Positions 37,402 to 46,886 of a stretch of 62,149 nt of DNA are shown piece after piece. The position numbers were made by a program, and so were the translations under genes. Source of the DNA: Candidatus Spyradenecus sp. (GTDB lineage Bacteria; Verrucomicrobiota; Kiritimatiellia; RFP12; DVOR01); contig JBJEVY010000076.1 in the NCBI GenBank assembly GCA_051884775.1, forward strand, positions 1 to 62,149, given 5' to 3'. The notes under the pieces are model-generated. The model was not told the origin of the DNA, searched no databases, and saw nothing but the letters and a program-made list of their open reading frames with translations. Every line of letters starts with the position of its first letter. Position 1 is the first letter of the stretch.

Positions 37402-39168
37402 ATGAAGTGGCAGTTGGCAGAGGCGCCCGAGCGCGCGCAAGTCGAGGCTGTGGCGCGGGCGTGTGGGATTGAATCGCCCTTGATTGCCGCTGTGGTGGCC
37501 CGCCGCTTGGATGGGCAAAGCCCCGAGGCCTACCTGGCCCCAGCCGAGGCCCCCCTCTCGCCGCCCGAGGACTTGCCGGAGATGGACCGGGCCGTCGAGC
37601 GTATCCGCCTGGCCATCGCCCGAGGCGAGCCCATCTCCGTCTTTGGCGACTACGATGCTGATGGCATCACCGGCACGACCCTGCTGGTCAAGGCGCTGAA
37701 GGCCGCCGGCGCGGCCGCCGTCCAACCCTTCTTTCCCGACCGCGAACGCGAGGGCTATGGGCTGACGGTGGAGGCCCTGACGCGTTGCCTCGCGCGCCAC
37801 AAGCCCGCCCCAACGCTCCTGATTACCGTCGATTGCGGCATTACCTGCGCGGCAGAGGTGGCGTGGTTGGCCGAGCGCAACATTGAGGTGGTGGTCACCG
37901 ACCACCACACCCTGCCCGAGGGGCTGCCCCAGGCGGTGGCGGTGGTCAACCCGCAACGTCTGCCCGAGGGTCATCCGGCACGCGGGATGTGTGGCTGCGC
38001 CACCGCCTTTACCCTGGTGCGCGCGCTGGAGGCCGCCGGGCTCCCGGTCCACGCCGAGGAGTATCTGGACCTGGTGGCCGTGGCGACGATTGCCGATGTG
38101 ATGGCGCTCACGGGCGACAATCGCACCCTGGTGGCGCGCGGATTGGCGTTGCTCGCCTCGGGCCGCGGAAACCCCGGCCTCGCTGAACTCTTGCGCGCAC
38201 TGCGGGCCCCGAAGGCGGTTGGCTTCCCAACGGCCGAAGAGGTGGCCTTTGGGATTATCCCCTGCGTCAATGCCGCCGGGCGAGTCGGCTCGCAACTCTT
38301 GGAACACTACCGCCAGGGCGGTGCCTTCCGGGGGCTTTACGACTTTGAGAGTCGCCTCTCACCCCTCCATCGCGTCTACCGCCTCTTGGCCGATGGCGAG
38401 GCGGGACGGGCCTTTGCAAAGGACTTGATGGCCCTCAATCGCTTGCGCAAGCAGGCGGAATCCGAGTTGCACAAGTTGCTTGCGGGCTGCACGCCCAAGC
38501 CGGGCGAGCAGGTGATGATTGTCCCCTGCCCGGAGCTCTACGCCGGGGTCGCGGGCATTGTGGCCGCGCGGCTGATGGGGCGGGTGGGCGTGCCGGTAGC
38601 GGTGGTCTGCCAAGATAGCGCGGGCAACGCCCACGGCTCGATGCGTTCGTGCGGCTCGTGGCACGCGGTCGAGGCCCTGCGCGCGGTCGAGGACCTCTTG
38701 GCCAACTACGGTGGGCACGCTAAGGCCGCCGGCTTCGTTCTCAAGCCCGGGGCCTACGCCGACTTCTGCCGCCGCCTACCGCAAGCTTTCGCCGGGGGCG
38801 ATGCCACCGAAAGTGCCACCTACGAGGCCGACCTCACCGGCGAGAGTGCGCTCTATGGCGACCTTTGTCGGGAGCTCAAGCGCCTAGAGCCGATGGGCCA
38901 CGGTAACCCCAAACCTATCTTCCGCGCCACCTTCCGCGTCGAAAGCGCCCGCATTATTGGCAAGACCAAGGATCATCTGTCTCTGCAGTTGACCCCGGTG
39001 CCGTCGGGCGAGCCGCTCAAGGCCGTCTGGTTCGGCCATGGCCGCGAAGCCGAGCGTTGGCCAGTTGGCACGGAAGTGCCGTTCTACTTTACCGTTAGCG
39101 AGGACACCTTCTATACCACCCCGCGCCCTTCGCTGATGATTGTCGAGGCGGAGGCAAGCAGTTGCTAG
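37402..39168 (+). CDS. recJ: ssDNA exonuclease RecJ
   Basis: GDYDADG, TVDCG, TDHH, ATIADV, NAAGR, GSMRS, GGHAKAAG and LEP.G.GNPKP motifs. Confidence 0.9.
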   Translation: MKWQLAEAPERAQVEAVARACGIESPLIAAVVARRLDGQSPEAYLAPAEAPLSPPEDLPEMDRAVERIRLAIARGEPISVFGDYDADGITGTTLLVKALKAAGAAAVQPFFPDREREGYGLTVEALTRCLARHKPAPTLLITVDCGITCAAEVAWLAERNIEVVVTDHHTLPEGLPQAVAVVNPQRLPEGHPARGMCGCATAFTLVRALEAAGLPVHAEEYLDLVAVATIADVMALTGDNRTLVARGLALLASGRGNPGLAELLRALRAPKAVGFPTAEEVAFGIIPCVNAAGRVGSQLLEHYRQGGAFRGLYDFESRLSPLHRVYRLLADGEAGRAFAKDLMALNRLRKQAESELHKLLAGCTPKPGEQVMIVPCPELYAGVAGIVAARLMGRVGVPVAVVCQDSAGNAHGSMRSCGSWHAVEALRAVEDLLANYGGHAKAAGFVLKPGAYADFCRRLPQAFAGGDATESATYEADLTGESALYGDLCRELKRLEPMGHGNPKPIFRATFRVESARIIGKTKDHLSLQLTPVPSGEPLKAVWFGHGREAERWPVGTEVPFYFTVSEDTFYTTPRPSLMIVEAEASSC

Positions 39169-39181
39169 GAGAAGAGAACCC

Positions 39182-40387
39182 ATGAATAGGAGAAGTTTTT
39201 TGGCCGCCCTCGGGGCGACTTCGCTGGCCGGTTTGGCCAACGCCCAAGAGCCCGCGCCCCAGGCGGCCTCAACCGTCGGCGCAACGCGCTTTCACGTCCA
39301 GTTCACCGGTCCGGACACCTGCGATGTCCGTTGGTGGACCGCCGCCCCGACCACCGGGCGCGTCCGCTGGCATCAAGGCGATGGGGCCTGGCAGAGCGCC
39401 GTGGCCACGCGCGATGGCCTCATCTGCGCGAACACCTGCAACCATTGCGTCACCCTCCGGGGCGTGAACCCAGCCAAGCCGCTCATCCTTGAGGCCTGCT
39501 CTCAGGCTTGCAAGACCTTCGAGCCCTATCGCATCATCCTGGGTCCGGAGAGCCTCTGCGGCCGCGCCGAGCTTCGCCCTTGGGCGGCCCCTGAGGGACT
39601 TACCCTCGCCATCTTTAACGATTTGCATGGGCGCGTGGACCTGGTGCCGCGCCTCCTTGACAGCCCGGAGGTCACCGCCGCCAAGCCCGCCATCGCCCTC
39701 TTTAATGGCGACTGCGCGGACGATTGTCAGAGCCCCGCCGGCCTGGACCAGCGCTTTCTGCGGGTCCTGCCCGAGGTGCTCGCGCGCGGTCTCTCCCCGC
39801 TCATTCTGCGTGGCAACCACGAATACCGCGGCGTGATGGCCCGCCACCTGCGCGAGTACATTTCGCCCCTCGCCGGCGGCCGCTACTACGGGGCCTTCAC
39901 CCTGGGCCCGGTCCGCTTCCTCTGTCTGGACACCGGCGAGGATAAGCCCGATAGCCACCCGGTCTACGGCGGCTTGCTCGCCTCCGATGCCTATGTGGCC
40001 GAAGAGGCGGCCTGGCTCCAGGATGAGCTCGCTTCCGAAGCCTGGCGCGAGGCCCCTTGGCGCGTGGCCGTCGGCCACATTCCCCCCTTCAGCCACAATG
40101 AAGAGCACGATGTCTGGCATGGTCCCACCCGTCTGCGCCAGTTGATTGCCCCGCTCCTGGCGAAGGCCGGCACCCTCGATGTAATGATTTGCGGCCACAA
40201 CCACGCCTACGCGCTTCACCCCGCCTGCACCGACCACGCCTATCCCATCCTCGTGGGGGGCGGTCCCTCCGAGGATTCGGCCACGGCCACGCTCCTGCAG
40301 GCCACCGAAGCGCGCCTCACCATCCACGCTCGCACCCTGGTCGGGGCGTGCCCGGGCGGGATTGACCTGGCGAAGGCCGCGCGTTAA
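39182..40387 (+). CDS. Tat-exported calcineurin-like metallophosphoesterase
   Basis: NRRSFL twin-arginine signal; NDLH, NGD, RGNHE, LDTGEDK and CGHNH motifs. Confidence 0.85.
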   Translation: MNRRSFLAALGATSLAGLANAQEPAPQAASTVGATRFHVQFTGPDTCDVRWWTAAPTTGRVRWHQGDGAWQSAVATRDGLICANTCNHCVTLRGVNPAKPLILEACSQACKTFEPYRIILGPESLCGRAELRPWAAPEGLTLAIFNDLHGRVDLVPRLLDSPEVTAAKPAIALFNGDCADDCQSPAGLDQRFLRVLPEVLARGLSPLILRGNHEYRGVMARHLREYISPLAGGRYYGAFTLGPVRFLCLDTGEDKPDSHPVYGGLLASDAYVAEEAAWLQDELASEAWREAPWRVAVGHIPPFSHNEEHDVWHGPTRLRQLIAPLLAKAGTLDVMICGHNHAYALHPACTDHAYPILVGGGPSEDSATATLLQATEARLTIHARTLVGACPGGIDLAKAAR

Positions 40388-40412
40388 GCGCGAACCCTGC
40401 GCTTCATAACAG

Positions 40413-40445
40413 CAGGGGGCGCCTGCGGGCGCCCCCCTTTGCTTT
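40413..40445. terminator. Intrinsic terminator between convergent genes
   Basis: GGGGGCGCC-TGC-GGGCGCCCCC followed by TTT. Confidence 0.6.
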
Positions 40446-43095
40446 ACTGCAAGTAGACCTTATAGCCCGGCTTGGGAGGCGTGGGGTCTGGGTAGGTGGC
40501 CTTGACGGAGACGCTGCCGCTGGCGGTCTCCGAGAAGGTCAGCGTGCCCGCTTCCGCGTTCCAGGTGGCGGCTTCAGCCGGGGAGGTGGTCACGCTCGTG
40601 GGCGCTTCGCCGGTAGGGTCGGCGGCGTAGAGCGTCACCGTCGCCCCGGGTAGAACGCTTTCCGGCCCCAGACACTTCTCGTAGATGACCGTCAACGCGC
40701 GCTTCTCCGCAAAGGTCGCCGTCAGCGTCACCGCCTCCGTGACCGTGTAGGGATAGGAGCCATCATCCGCCACCGCAACAGGCGTTTCTCCTGAGCCGGT
40801 TGTCGCCGTCCAGCCCGTGAAAGCGTGGCCGGTCTTCACCTGCGGAGCTAGGCGAATGACTTGCTCTGGAAGGACCGTGGTCGCAAGGCTCTTTCCATCG
40901 ACTTCAACCGTGACTGAAAGCGCCTTGGGCACCACAGCCGCAGGCCGGAAGCTCGGATAGTAGCTGTTGTTTAAGGTGGAGAAGGTTGCGTTGTAGGTAT
41001 AAGAATTGCAGAAGTGGGCGAACTCCGCGAAGGAACCGCCCCAGAGCTGTCCATCGCTCCAGACTTCGTTGGCATTGCCCCAAAGGTCGTAGAAACCGTA
41101 GGGGTCGACCTTCTTGGAGCCAACGGTGGCAGGACTGCCTGTCCGGCCATAGACAATCATCTCCGTGGTGATGGTAGGGTCGCCGTAGGTTTCGGCGGTA
41201 TTGAGATGCCCCGCGCCGTCCTTGTAGGTCTTATCGGTGCAATAGGCCTTGGTGATGTTGACGATTTGCTCCTTGCTAGGGAGTGTGGCATTCATCGGGA
41301 AGGCGACGTTGAGGGTGGCGAGGTAGCCCTCCGCTTCGGCAACACTTGCGATATAGTGCGGGAGATAGGAGGTCAACTTCTCCGTGACCTTGGTGTAGTC
41401 CTTATCGGCAAGTTGCTTGATGTATTCCACGTGCGCCTGGGTGGTCTCATAGACACCAATGTAGTAGGTGGAGCCATTAGCGGTGACCTGCTTGAGCGGC
41501 AGCGAGGTGCCCTTGTTGAGCCCCAGGAGGTCAGAGAAGTCAGCACTATAGACGATCGCGCCGCCCGTTGCCAGGGGAAGCGTGGCGTAGGACTTGTCGG
41601 TGATGGCGTAGGGAAAGTATTGGAAGGTGTTGGCCCCGGCGGTCCATTCGAGTGCGGTGGATGACTCATATCCCAGGGCGGCCTTCATCGTCTTGACCTC
41701 GGCGGCGGGGTCGGCTTCGCCAATGTAGGTGACGACCGAGGAGGTGGCCTCGGCAACGGTGAAACTGGCCGTTAGGGTGACGGTGGAGTCGTAGTCGCCA
41801 ACGGTGTAGGTGTTGTTCCGAAGCGCCTCGCCGCCCTCGCTGGTCCAGCGGTCGAAGGTGTAGCCTTCGGGTAGGGTCGGCGTGAGGGTAAGTTCGGTGC
41901 CGGGCGCGTAGAAGCCCTCGCCGTAGTCCGCCCCCTCCGAAGCCGAGGCGGTGCCGCCGTAGACGAGGACGCGCGGATAGGTCTGGAAGGAGGCAGTGAA
42001 GGTAAGCGTCTTGCCGGGGGTGATGGAGGGGACGGTGTAAGAGAGGGGACTCTCGGTGGCGGTTGAGCCATCGGGGAGGGTCCATTCCTTGAAAATCTGA
42101 TAGGCACCCGGGGTGGCCGTCAGGGTGACCGTGTCGCCCTCCACAACTTCGCTGGCTGAGGCGGTGCCGCCAATGACCTGGAGCGTGGCGTAGGGCTTGG
42201 AGGTGTAGGCGAAGGTGACATCCGCTTCGGGCATTAAGAAGGTTGTGCCATCGAAGACGAGATCTGCCGGCGTAACCTTGGGGCCTTGAAGGCGGTTCCC
42301 TTCGGCTGGGGTGGGGGGCGTAAGGGTGACCTCCGTCCCAGGGGTGGCGCTGATAGGCGCCCCCACCTGCTCGCCATCGAGTGTGACGGTTGCCTGATAA
42401 GTGACCGCTTCTGGCGGTGTATAGACCAACCGAACACCCTTTCTTCCAAAGCCATCTGTGCCAGAGCCAATCGAGGCGCTCTGCCATGTTTTGGTCTTCA
42501 GGGTGTTCGTGTCATAGGAAACCGTTCCATCAGCATATCCACCACGGAAGGAGCCTTCACTGACGAATTCGGCCACATTGCCATACATATCAAAGCACCC
42601 GTGCGGAGCGGGCAGGGTTTTGCTTTGGGCGTAAGTGAGCCACTCGGAGAGCGAAAGAGGACCGAGCGTGTTGACATCAATACCATTAAAGACATTGCAG
42701 GGCTTGGCTGGCTCTCCGGCATAGGCTTCCCATTGTGCACTGGAGGGAAAGGAAAGCAAGGAAAAGCTTTCCAGGTTATTTGCCGTGTCGAAACCTCCGT
42801 AAGCAATTCCAGCTGTGTCAGCGCTCGGCTCGGTAGAGAGCCACCCGAACTTATGAGCCTGAGTCTGGGTCACTTCGTACACGCCCATATAGATGGAATC
42901 CGCAAACTCGGCGTCTCGCACAAAGAGTATCTTTGTGCCAGTGCGATAGGTGTCGCCGATGAGGGCCTGAGAGTCAACACTGACAACTTCAGCGGTCTTG
43001 TTGACCAAGTCGTAGGCCACATACTCCAAGGCCCCGCGTCCGGACAACGCAACAAGGGCGGACAAAAACGTTAACAGGGTGCGACAGCGAATCAT
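40444..43095 (-). CDS. Large secreted protein with two FGE-sulfatase/C-type-lectin-like modules and InlB-B/Flg_new-like repeats
   Basis: Signal peptide after SD GGAGG; twice GVYE.TQ...G.(F/Y)D..GN..E; repeated VTLTA..Y.F..WT..TLT..A.F units. Confidence 0.7.
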   Translation of the reverse strand: MIRCRTLLTFLSALVALSGRGALEYVAYDLVNKTAEVVSVDSQALIGDTYRTGTKILFVRDAEFADSIYMGVYEVTQTQAHKFGWLSTEPSADTAGIAYGGFDTANNLESFSLLSFPSSAQWEAYAGEPAKPCNVFNGIDVNTLGPLSLSEWLTYAQSKTLPAPHGCFDMYGNVAEFVSEGSFRGGYADGTVSYDTNTLKTKTWQSASIGSGTDGFGRKGVRLVYTPPEAVTYQATVTLDGEQVGAPISATPGTEVTLTPPTPAEGNRLQGPKVTPADLVFDGTTFLMPEADVTFAYTSKPYATLQVIGGTASASEVVEGDTVTLTATPGAYQIFKEWTLPDGSTATESPLSYTVPSITPGKTLTFTASFQTYPRVLVYGGTASASEGADYGEGFYAPGTELTLTPTLPEGYTFDRWTSEGGEALRNNTYTVGDYDSTVTLTASFTVAEATSSVVTYIGEADPAAEVKTMKAALGYESSTALEWTAGANTFQYFPYAITDKSYATLPLATGGAIVYSADFSDLLGLNKGTSLPLKQVTANGSTYYIGVYETTQAHVEYIKQLADKDYTKVTEKLTSYLPHYIASVAEAEGYLATLNVAFPMNATLPSKEQIVNITKAYCTDKTYKDGAGHLNTAETYGDPTITTEMIVYGRTGSPATVGSKKVDPYGFYDLWGNANEVWSDGQLWGGSFAEFAHFCNSYTYNATFSTLNNSYYPSFRPAAVVPKALSVTVEVDGKSLATTVLPEQVIRLAPQVKTGHAFTGWTATTGSGETPVAVADDGSYPYTVTEAVTLTATFAEKRALTVIYEKCLGPESVLPGATVTLYAADPTGEAPTSVTTSPAEAATWNAEAGTLTFSETASGSVSVKATYPDPTPPKPGYKVYLQ

Positions 43096-43230
43096 ACGGC
43101 ATCCTCCAACATCCAAAAACATCCTCAGTATACCACAAAGAACCGTTGGAGAGGGAAAGGCACGGCTTCCCGTTTTTGGTCTAGAGGAGGATTTTCGGCT
43201 TAAATGAGGCAAATGGTGTATAATGGGGAC

Positions 43231-44034
43231 ATGAATACAACAGCGAAGATGGCGACGGCCGGCGTCGCCGTGGTTGCATTGATGGCCGGCAGTTATGCGG
43301 CAGGGCGCTTTTTTGCGCCGCAGCAGGTGGTTGCCGAGGAGGTCGTACCGGTGGCTAAGCCTGTGGTGGCGGTTGCGGGGAATGGGGACGCTTTGGCGCT
43401 CTCGAAGGCGTTGAGCGAAGTGGAGGCGCTGAAGGTGGAGAAGGCCGCGCTGGAGAAGGCGTTGGTGGAGTTGCAGTCAGCCGGGGAGCAGGCGGCCCAG
43501 GCGGCGGTGGAGCCCCCTAAGCGCCTGTCGATGCGCGAGCGGATGGAGGAGTTGAAGAAGCAGGATCCGGAGCGTTATCGCCAGATGGAGGAGCGGCGCG
43601 CGCAGTTCCAGCAGGCACTGCAGGCTGCGCGTGACAAGCGCGATGACTTTTTGGGAAGCGTAGATTTGGCGCTCTTCACCGATGAGCAGCGGCAGACCCA
43701 TGAGCAGTTTACCGCCGCCTTGGCCAAGCAGGCGGAGATGGAGGAGCAGATGCGCGCGCTCTTTGAGAGCGGCGAGATGCCATCTGAGGAACAACGCGAG
43801 GCGATGCGCGAGGCGCAGTGGACCTTGCGCAACTTGCGTGAGGCTGAGCGCGCTGCCCTGCTGAGCGCGGTGGCCACTTCAATGGGGCTCTCGGAAGCTG
43901 ATAGCGCGGACTTTGCCCAGTTGATGACCGAGGTTTACGATGCCACGAGTAATGGTATTCGGATGCGCCCTGGGCGTGGTGGCGAGGGCGGCCCTGGGGG
44001 CGGTCCTGGCGGGATGCCGTCGCCTGGGCCGTGA
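43231..44034 (+). CDS. Membrane-anchored coiled-coil hypothetical protein
   Basis: N-terminal TM, E/R/Q/A-rich helices, Gly/Pro tail; TATAAT 6 nt upstream. Confidence 0.75.
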   Translation: MNTTAKMATAGVAVVALMAGSYAAGRFFAPQQVVAEEVVPVAKPVVAVAGNGDALALSKALSEVEALKVEKAALEKALVELQSAGEQAAQAAVEPPKRLSMRERMEELKKQDPERYRQMEERRAQFQQALQAARDKRDDFLGSVDLALFTDEQRQTHEQFTAALAKQAEMEEQMRALFESGEMPSEEQREAMREAQWTLRNLREAERAALLSAVATSMGLSEADSADFAQLMTEVYDATSNGIRMRPGRGGEGGPGGGPGGMPSPGP

Positions 44035-44085
44035 GTTGACAGTCGTCAGTCGACAGTCGACAGGGCGCGGCGAGCCGCGACGGAT
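44035..44085. repeat. Half heptamer-armed REP-like element (E3)
   Basis: GTTGACA GTCGTCA GTCGACA GTCGACA GG CGCGGCGAGCCGCG ACGGA, directly after a stop codon. Confidence 0.75.
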
Positions 44086-44288
44086 AAGGTGGATGGCTTG
44101 AGGTGGGGGCTTCTCGCCCCCACACCCCTTTGGAGCGTGGGACGCTCCACCCTGGCTGAAGCGCCCTGCGGGCACTTCGGCTTTCAAGTGTATTCTGTTG
44201 TATGCAGGGGAAGAAAGTGCAAGAAAAGGGATTGAAGGGGGAGACGCGGGGGCTTACAATGGGCGGCGTACAGAGAAAGGAGTGCGGT

Positions 44289-46358
44289 ATGCACAGTCGG
44301 ATTGTGCTGGCGTTTGGCGTATTGATGGTGGGGGCGATGGCCCCGTTAGCGATGGCGATGAAGCCGTCGGCGGAGGCGTGGGCGCAGAGTGAGCGGGTCA
44401 ATGAGGCTTGGCAGAAGGTCTATACCTCGGCGGTTCAGCCGACGTGGTTGGCTGAGGGGGCAGGGCTGTGGTATCGAACGAAGACGCGCGCTGGAGAGCG
44501 GTGCGTCTTGATGCGGACAGTGGATGGGGCGCGTTGGGAGGCGGAGTCGCCCGAGGCCTTGGCCGAAGCGGCGCGGGAGGCTGCTCCGCAATTGGCCGAG
44601 GCGATGGGAGCGAAGGCGGAGGAGGCCCCGGCCAAGGACACCACCTTCTCGCCTGATGACGCTTGGCAACTTTATGTGCGCGATGGGAACCTCTGGGCGT
44701 GGCCACAGCAGGGGCAGCCCGGCGGCGGGGTACAGTTGACGACCGATGGCAATGCGCAAGTTGGCTACGAGCTGGACTCGGCGCGTTGGTCGCCCGATGG
44801 GCAGTGGGTGGCGGCGTACCGGCTGCGCAGGGCTTCGCAGCCGACGATTTCGTTGGTGAGTAGTGTGCCGGAGGGTTCGCTTAAGGCATCCGTGCGGCAG
44901 GTTTCTTATCCTCGGGCGGGGGACGAGGTGGACTATCGCCGCCCGGTGTTGATTGACTTTGCCAAGCGCGCGGTGGTGCCGGTGAGAGGCTTTGAGGCGT
45001 TGGGCGAGCAGTATTTGTGCCACGAGCTTGCCTGGCGGCCGGATAGTCAGGCCTTTACCTTTGAGTTTGTGCCGCGGGGCTTTGGTGGGTATGTCATCGC
45101 TGAGGTGGACACCCAGGGGCGGATAACGCGGCGGGTCGAGGAACGCACGGCCACCTTCTTCCCTTACACCCTACGCTCGCGGTTGGACACGCCCGATGGG
45201 CTGACGACCTACTGGGTCTCTGAGCGCGACGGCTGGCGGCATATTTGGCGCTTCCGGGCGGACGGGGCGGCCCCCGAGCAGTTGACGCGCGGCGAGTGGG
45301 TGGTCCATCGCCTTCTAGCGCTGCTCCCCGAAGGGGCGCTTCTTTTCACCGCCGGCGGGCGCGTGGCGGGCGAGGATCCCTACCAACAGCATCTGATGCG
45401 GTTGGAACCCAATGGGTCGGTGCGCGACCTCACCCCCGAGAATGCCCATCACCAGGTTTTCTTTGCGCCCGACCAGGCGAGCTTTGTGGACAACGCCTCG
45501 CGTGTCGACGCGCCGAATGTGGCCACCTTGCGCCGCGTAGCCGATGGGAGCATCATCGAGCAGTTACAGCAAGAGGACATTACCGACCTGCTGGCTACCG
45601 GCTGGGTGATGCCTAAGCCTTTCTGCGCCAAGGGCCGCGACGGGCAGACCGACATCTGGGGGACAATTCGCTTTCCGCCGAACTTCGACCCCAAGGGCTC
45701 CTATCCGGTTCTGGAACAAATCTATGCCGGGCCGCACGATGCCCACGTTCCCAAGCAGTTCTTGCCAGTGGACTACTTCTCGGATATCTTCACCGCGCTG
45801 GGCTTTATCGTGGTGCGCATTGACGGAATGGGCACGGCCTGGCGCTCCAAGGCCTTCCACGACGTCTGCTGGAAGAACTTGCGCGACGCCGGCTTCCCGG
45901 ACCGGATTGCGTGGATGAAGGCCGCCGCTGCAGCCTATCCGGCAATAGACCTCACGCGCGTGGGCATCTTCGGTTGGTCAGCCGGCGGGCAGAACGCGAT
46001 GGCCGCGCTTTTGTGGCACCACGACTTCTACAAGGCGGCCATTGCACTCTGCGGTTGCCACGATAACCGCATCGACAAGCTCTGGTGGAATGAGCAGTGG
46101 ATGGGCTACCCGGTCGGTCCGCACTACGCGGCGAACTCCAATGTGGAGAATGCCCACCTCCTCCAAGGGCACCTCTTCCTTATTAATGGCGAGCTCGATG
46201 ACAATGTCGATCCCACCTCGACCCTCAAAGTCGTCCACGCCCTTATCCAGGCCAACAAGGACTTCGAGCAGCTCTACCTCCCGATGACTAACCACTTCAT
46301 CAACGGCCCCTACATCGAGCGGCGGATGAAGGCGTTCTTTCTCCGCGCGCTGGAATAG
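44289..46358 (+). CDS. S9 family peptidase (DPP IV-like)
   Basis: DPPIV_N propeller (WSPDG, YPRAGD, SERDGW); IYAGP, GWSAGG and DDNV motifs; SD AAGGAG. Confidence 0.92.
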   Translation: MHSRIVLAFGVLMVGAMAPLAMAMKPSAEAWAQSERVNEAWQKVYTSAVQPTWLAEGAGLWYRTKTRAGERCVLMRTVDGARWEAESPEALAEAAREAAPQLAEAMGAKAEEAPAKDTTFSPDDAWQLYVRDGNLWAWPQQGQPGGGVQLTTDGNAQVGYELDSARWSPDGQWVAAYRLRRASQPTISLVSSVPEGSLKASVRQVSYPRAGDEVDYRRPVLIDFAKRAVVPVRGFEALGEQYLCHELAWRPDSQAFTFEFVPRGFGGYVIAEVDTQGRITRRVEERTATFFPYTLRSRLDTPDGLTTYWVSERDGWRHIWRFRADGAAPEQLTRGEWVVHRLLALLPEGALLFTAGGRVAGEDPYQQHLMRLEPNGSVRDLTPENAHHQVFFAPDQASFVDNASRVDAPNVATLRRVADGSIIEQLQQEDITDLLATGWVMPKPFCAKGRDGQTDIWGTIRFPPNFDPKGSYPVLEQIYAGPHDAHVPKQFLPVDYFSDIFTALGFIVVRIDGMGTAWRSKAFHDVCWKNLRDAGFPDRIAWMKAAAAAYPAIDLTRVGIFGWSAGGQNAMAALLWHHDFYKAAIALCGCHDNRIDKLWWNEQWMGYPVGPHYAANSNVENAHLLQGHLFLINGELDDNVDPTSTLKVVHALIQANKDFEQLYLPMTNHFINGPYIERRMKAFFLRALE

Positions 46359-46360
46359 CA

Positions 46361-46397
46361 CAAAAAAGGGCCGGGCCCGCGGTGGGTCCGGCCTTTG
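46361..46397. terminator. Bidirectional intrinsic terminator
   Basis: A6-GGGCCGGGCCC-GCGGT-GGGTCCGGCC-TTT between convergent genes. Confidence 0.7.
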
Positions 46398-46419
46398 ACT
46401 CTTGGGAAAGAGGGTTGGC

Positions 46420-46716
46420 TTACTTGCCGAACACCTTATCCTGGAGGAGCTTGGAGACCGTGAACTTGACGGCCTTCTTGGCGGCGATCTGGATGGTCTC
46501 GCCGGTCTGCGGATTGCGGCCGGTGCGGGCCTTGCGCTGAACGACGGAGAACTTGCCCAGACCGGGGAGGGTGCAGGTCTTCTTGGTTTCCTTGGCAACA
46601 AGGGCGACGAGGGCGTTGTAGATGCTCTCGACGGCGACCTTGGTCGAGCCGGTTTCCTTGGCGATGGCCTCGATGATCTCGGGCTTGGTCAGGGGCTTGG
46701 CAACTTTCTTAGCCAT
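46420..46716 (-). CDS. hup: HU family DNA-binding protein
   Basis: TKPEII..IA, GLGKF, RKARTGRNPQTGE and KAVKF motifs; SD AAGGAG; promoter TTGCTT-17-CATAAT. Confidence 0.95.
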   Translation of the reverse strand: MAKKVAKPLTKPEIIEAIAKETGSTKVAVESIYNALVALVAKETKKTCTLPGLGKFSVVQRKARTGRNPQTGETIQIAAKKAVKFTVSKLLQDKVFGK

Positions 46717-46886
46717 GTGTGTGGTACTCCTTTTGTGTTTGGTTGTGGTTGAAGCGGGACATCCGCCTGAACACCGTGTATTATGAGGCTTGCGCGGGTG
46801 AAAAGCAAGCGAAAAGTGCGCCAATTCTGGGCTGGAGGCCACTTTTTTGGCAAGCAGGGCCGTAAAACTGTCCTCCGGGAGACGAT

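Noticed and set aside
40444-43095. Diversity-generating retroelement
   Set aside because: CLec-like modules are present, but I saw no reverse transcriptase, Avd or TR/VR pair in the window.
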